From a virus (Duplodnaviria; Caudoviricetes): DNA of 36,949 bases. Positions 34,637-36,949 of this stretch are shown piece after piece. The translations under genes and the position numbers were made by a program. The first letter of the stretch is position 1. Every line of letters begins with the position of its first letter. The notes under the pieces were generated by a model. The model was given only the letters and a program-made list of their open reading frames with translations. It was not told where the DNA came from and did no database searches. The stretch spans positions 1-36,949 of the IMG/VR virus record IMGVR_UViG_3300024331_000091; one strand, given 5' to 3'.

Positions 34637-35313
34637 ACAATGAATTTTAATAATGTTTCGAGAGTATATTTTTTGAGCCAGCCATTCTCGTTAGCGGCTT
34701 CAATCTTTTCAAATCCGGCAGAAAGCTGATCGGCCGTGAAAGCCTCAAGCATCCGGGCAGCGCGGAGATTGCGCTTGATGAATGCCGACCATTGCGCTCT
34801 CGTGCGCAGATCCGGTTTCACCGTATCTGCCCACTCGCCGATGATTTTGATGTGCGCTTGCTTGGAGAGTTTGGTCCATGTATAGAATTCAGTGCAGTTC
34901 ATCGGTTCGGCTGCATGCCCATTCGCAAGTTCTTTCAACGAGGCGACCGGCGAAGCCGTCGCAGTTTCAGATGTAATAATCTTTGTACTACTATCATGGA
35001 CATTTTTGTCGGTAGTGCGAGACAATTTTGTCGTAAGCACTTGCGACATTTTTGTCGGTAGTCTGATCTCTCTTTTTGAGGTACTTCCACTCATTTCTAT
35101 TGCTCCAATTCCTTCGAGTTCAGAAAGCCATCTCTCAACGCTTTTCCGACTCACATGATATAGACCTGCAAAGTAAGGATTTCCTGCCCAGCAATATCCT
35201 TCCTTGGAACATAAAGCCGTGATCTCTCCGTAGAGGAGCTTTGCGTTCGGAGTAATGTCGGCATACCGGACATCGGCGGGGATGATAGCGTAGTAATTTG
35301 GTTTTTCTTTCAT
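34633..35313 (-). CDS. Phage replication initiator (N-terminal winged HTH)
   Basis: KPNYYAIIPADVRY...AKLLYGEITALCSKEGYCWAGNPYFAGLY; contains internal iterons. Confidence 0.88.
   Translation of the reverse strand: MKEKPNYYAIIPADVRYADITPNAKLLYGEITALCSKEGYCWAGNPYFAGLYHVSRKSVERWLSELEGIGAIEMSGSTSKREIRLPTKMSQVLTTKLSRTTDKNVHDSSTKIITSETATASPVASLKELANGHAAEPMNCTEFYTWTKLSKQAHIKIIGEWADTVKPDLRTRAQWSAFIKRNLRAARMLEAFTADQLSAGFEKIEAANENGWLKKYTLETLLKFIV
34999..35062. repeat. Three iterons, probable replication origin
   Basis: GACATTTTTGTCGGTAGT at 34999 and 35045; GACAATTTTGTC at 35021. Confidence 0.8.
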
Positions 35314-35318
35314 ATCAG

Positions 35319-35350
35319 AAAAAATATAAACCGCCGGTACAAGCGGCGGT
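35319..35350 (-). terminator. Intrinsic terminator-like hairpin just upstream of the rep ATG
   Basis: ACCGCCG-cttgtac-CGGCGGT followed by TTATATTTTTT. Confidence 0.7.
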
Positions 35351-35396
35351 GTATGAGAGTATCATAGCACATCACTTGTACTGATGTCTTTACTTA

Positions 35397-35424
35397 ATTA
35401 TAAACAATCTACACCCGCACGCAA
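35397..35424 (-). promoter_or_regulatory. Promoter upstream of the rep leader
   Basis: TTGCGT-16-TATAAT; DnaA-box-like TTATCCACT at 35432..35440. Confidence 0.55.
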
Positions 35425-35427
35425 TCT

Positions 35428-35895
35428 TTACTTATCCACTATCACTTGGCCTTGGTGGATATCGAACTCAAATTCTCGTTCATGCCACACCCCGCCGTCC
35501 GGGAAGTAATTGGAACCCACCAAATCGTCGCTGTCGGCGATTTTATGGCCACGCCATGTCTTGACCCTCTTGGAGACTTTCGCACGTCCTTGGAGCCATT
35601 CTAGGCCCAATGAGGTCAATACCCAATAGCCGGTCTTGTGGCTTCCATCCGGACCGACCCATTTGGCGATCAGACCGAAGTATTGGAGCTTTGAAAAGTT
35701 GGTTTGCTGACTGTATGAGAGGCCAACCTCATCGTGCGGGTGAACCTTGTTCTCGCCCTTGTCGCGAACCTTGAGCGCAAAGCGGCGGAAGCTAGCCACC
35801 ATGCCATTGGTGAGATTGTGCCAATACTCTTTTAGGAGCGCCCCGCAGTGCTCACAATGTAATTCAATTTTTTCCTTTTTTGGGAATTCTGACAT
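35428..35895 (-). CDS. Hypothetical protein (CxxC, possible winged helix)
   Basis: CEHCG and FSKLQYFGLI...YWVLTSLG. Confidence 0.7.
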   Translation of the reverse strand: MSEFPKKEKIELHCEHCGALLKEYWHNLTNGMVASFRRFALKVRDKGENKVHPHDEVGLSYSQQTNFSKLQYFGLIAKWVGPDGSHKTGYWVLTSLGLEWLQGRAKVSKRVKTWRGHKIADSDDLVGSNYFPDGGVWHEREFEFDIHQGQVIVDK

Positions 35896-36322
35896 TTGTT
35901 TTATACATATACTCCGGATCAGGGTCGGGGATGACCACTGTCATCAACGTCGGAGACTCACGGACGTATTGTCTTATCTGCTCAATATAGTCGGTCATTT
36001 CTTTCCAGTTCAGCTCGGTCGTCGACTTCGTGAAATCGTACGTCTTGCCTTTTACGGTCCGGCGGTACGATAGGAATTTTGTCTTGAAGAATTGGTGGAT
36101 CTCCTCATTGGTAAAGCCGGTGAAATCGGAGACGAGTGCACACACAACTCCACGGTAATAACGGTTCTGCTGGAGGGTACGAATTTTGAAACGGTCAGGA
36201 ATTTCGACCAAGACTTCCTTGCCGTTGAATTGTTTGAGCTCGACAGCGAACCGCTTCTTTTCTGCGGGCTTGAATTCGATGTTTTCATTTTTAATTTTCG
36301 CTAGTAGATATTTGGATGCCAT
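35864..36322 (-). CDS. NinB-like recombination protein
   Basis: RTLQQNRYY, EEIHQFFKTKFL and STTELNWKEMTDYIEQI motifs. Confidence 0.7.
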   Translation of the reverse strand: MASKYLLAKIKNENIEFKPAEKKRFAVELKQFNGKEVLVEIPDRFKIRTLQQNRYYRGVVCALVSDFTGFTNEEIHQFFKTKFLSYRRTVKGKTYDFTKSTTELNWKEMTDYIEQIRQYVRESPTLMTVVIPDPDPEYMYKTNVRIPKKGKN

Positions 36323-36803
36323 TTTTTGAGAATTGGTTGCGACCTTCCGGATTGAAGTATTTTGACATCATATCCTTCGGTAGCATCTCAAGGTTTTCTA
36401 TTCGATTATTCTGTGGGTTCCGATCCATATGCCAAATACAGTACCCGCTTGGGACCTTGCCATGATGCTTGATCCAGACGTAGTGGTGCATCATGATCCG
36501 ATTTCCTTTGACCGTACCGCGGAGGTGTCCTCCCTTGGTTAGTGAGAATTTGATGCCATCCAAGATCTGCAATCCTTTCAGTTGCTTCGATCGGAGCTGA
36601 TAGCCGCGGGTCCGGAACACATCATATATTGCTTGCCGGCTGCGCTTATATACCCGAGCAATGTCTTCGAGAGATTTCCCGCTTTTATACATAGCAAACA
36701 TGGCAGCGACGATATGGTTATTCTGGCGTCGGATGTGCTTGTTGTACCGGATCGGATTGACCAATCGTTCGTCTCGAACGGACCCGTCTTTATTTAGGCG
36801 CAT
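36291..36803 (-). CDS. HTH plus HNH endonuclease-like protein
   Basis: KSLEDIARVYKRSRQAI and HHYVW...IWHMDRNPQNNRIENL. Confidence 0.78.
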   Translation of the reverse strand: MRLNKDGSVRDERLVNPIRYNKHIRRQNNHIVAAMFAMYKSGKSLEDIARVYKRSRQAIYDVFRTRGYQLRSKQLKGLQILDGIKFSLTKGGHLRGTVKGNRIMMHHYVWIKHHGKVPSGYCIWHMDRNPQNNRIENLEMLPKDMMSKYFNPEGRNQFSKNGIQISTSEN

Positions 36804-36949
36804 TCTTTACGAGTTTATACTTCACTCCATCGATTTCGATAATTTTTCCATCCAGATCCAAGGGGTCAAGAGCATCTTTGCCACCACCAAGCTTCCGAGT
36901 ATCCAAGGACTTTAACTTGCGGACGGCAGCAAAACGATAGTCCCCAGGC
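36790..36949 (-). CDS. 3' end of DGR target 1 (joins 1..512), carrying an alternative VR end
   Basis: ...PGDYRFAAVRKLKSLDTRKLGGGKDALDPLDLDGKIIEIDGVKYKLVKNAPK*. Confidence 0.9.
   Translation of the reverse strand, partial: PGDYRFAAVRKLKSLDTRKLGGGKDALDPLDLDGKIIEIDGVKYKLVKNAPK

Larger units (their letters stand above)
1..36949. mobile_element. Putative complete circular bacteriophage genome (unit length 36,811 bp), podovirus-like
   Basis: Terminal overlap (1..126 = 36812..36937); terminase, portal, scaffold, capsid, adaptor, ejection, lysis, replication and recombination modules; no tape-measure or sheath gene recognised. Confidence 0.9.

Noticed and set aside
1-36949. Stop-codon reassignment or tRNA genes
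   Set aside because: Standard-code ORFs tile the genome densely, and no tRNA cloverleaf was recognised.

Overview
The window is an apparently complete ~36.8-kb circular tailed-phage genome (1..126 recurs at 36812..36937), almost all on the minus strand, with a podovirus-like gene order and no recognisable integrase or DNA polymerase. A Patescibacteria/CPR host is suggested but not proven. The main finding is a complete diversity-generating retroelement (DGR): RT, Avd, a 125-nt template repeat (TR) and two variable repeats that differ from TR only at adenines (19 and 22 substitutions). It is unusual in two ways. First, avd lies antisense between TR and RT, with overlapping start codons. Second, both targets are small paralogous, apparently cytoplasmic proteins among the early genes rather than tail fibres; one spans the contig junction, is absent from the ORF track, and appears in two alleles. 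Other highlights are a 10-gene glycan-modification island inside the virion module (four glycosyltransferases, methyltransferase, deacetylase, LicD, pyruvate-kinase-like protein, SemiSWEET, cytidylyltransferase), a DnaA-domain-IV-like regulator beside a perfect DnaA box, a kissing-loop/terminator leader upstream of the replication initiator, and a phage-borne KhpA. All alignments and counts were done by eye, and family calls rest on motifs without database searches.
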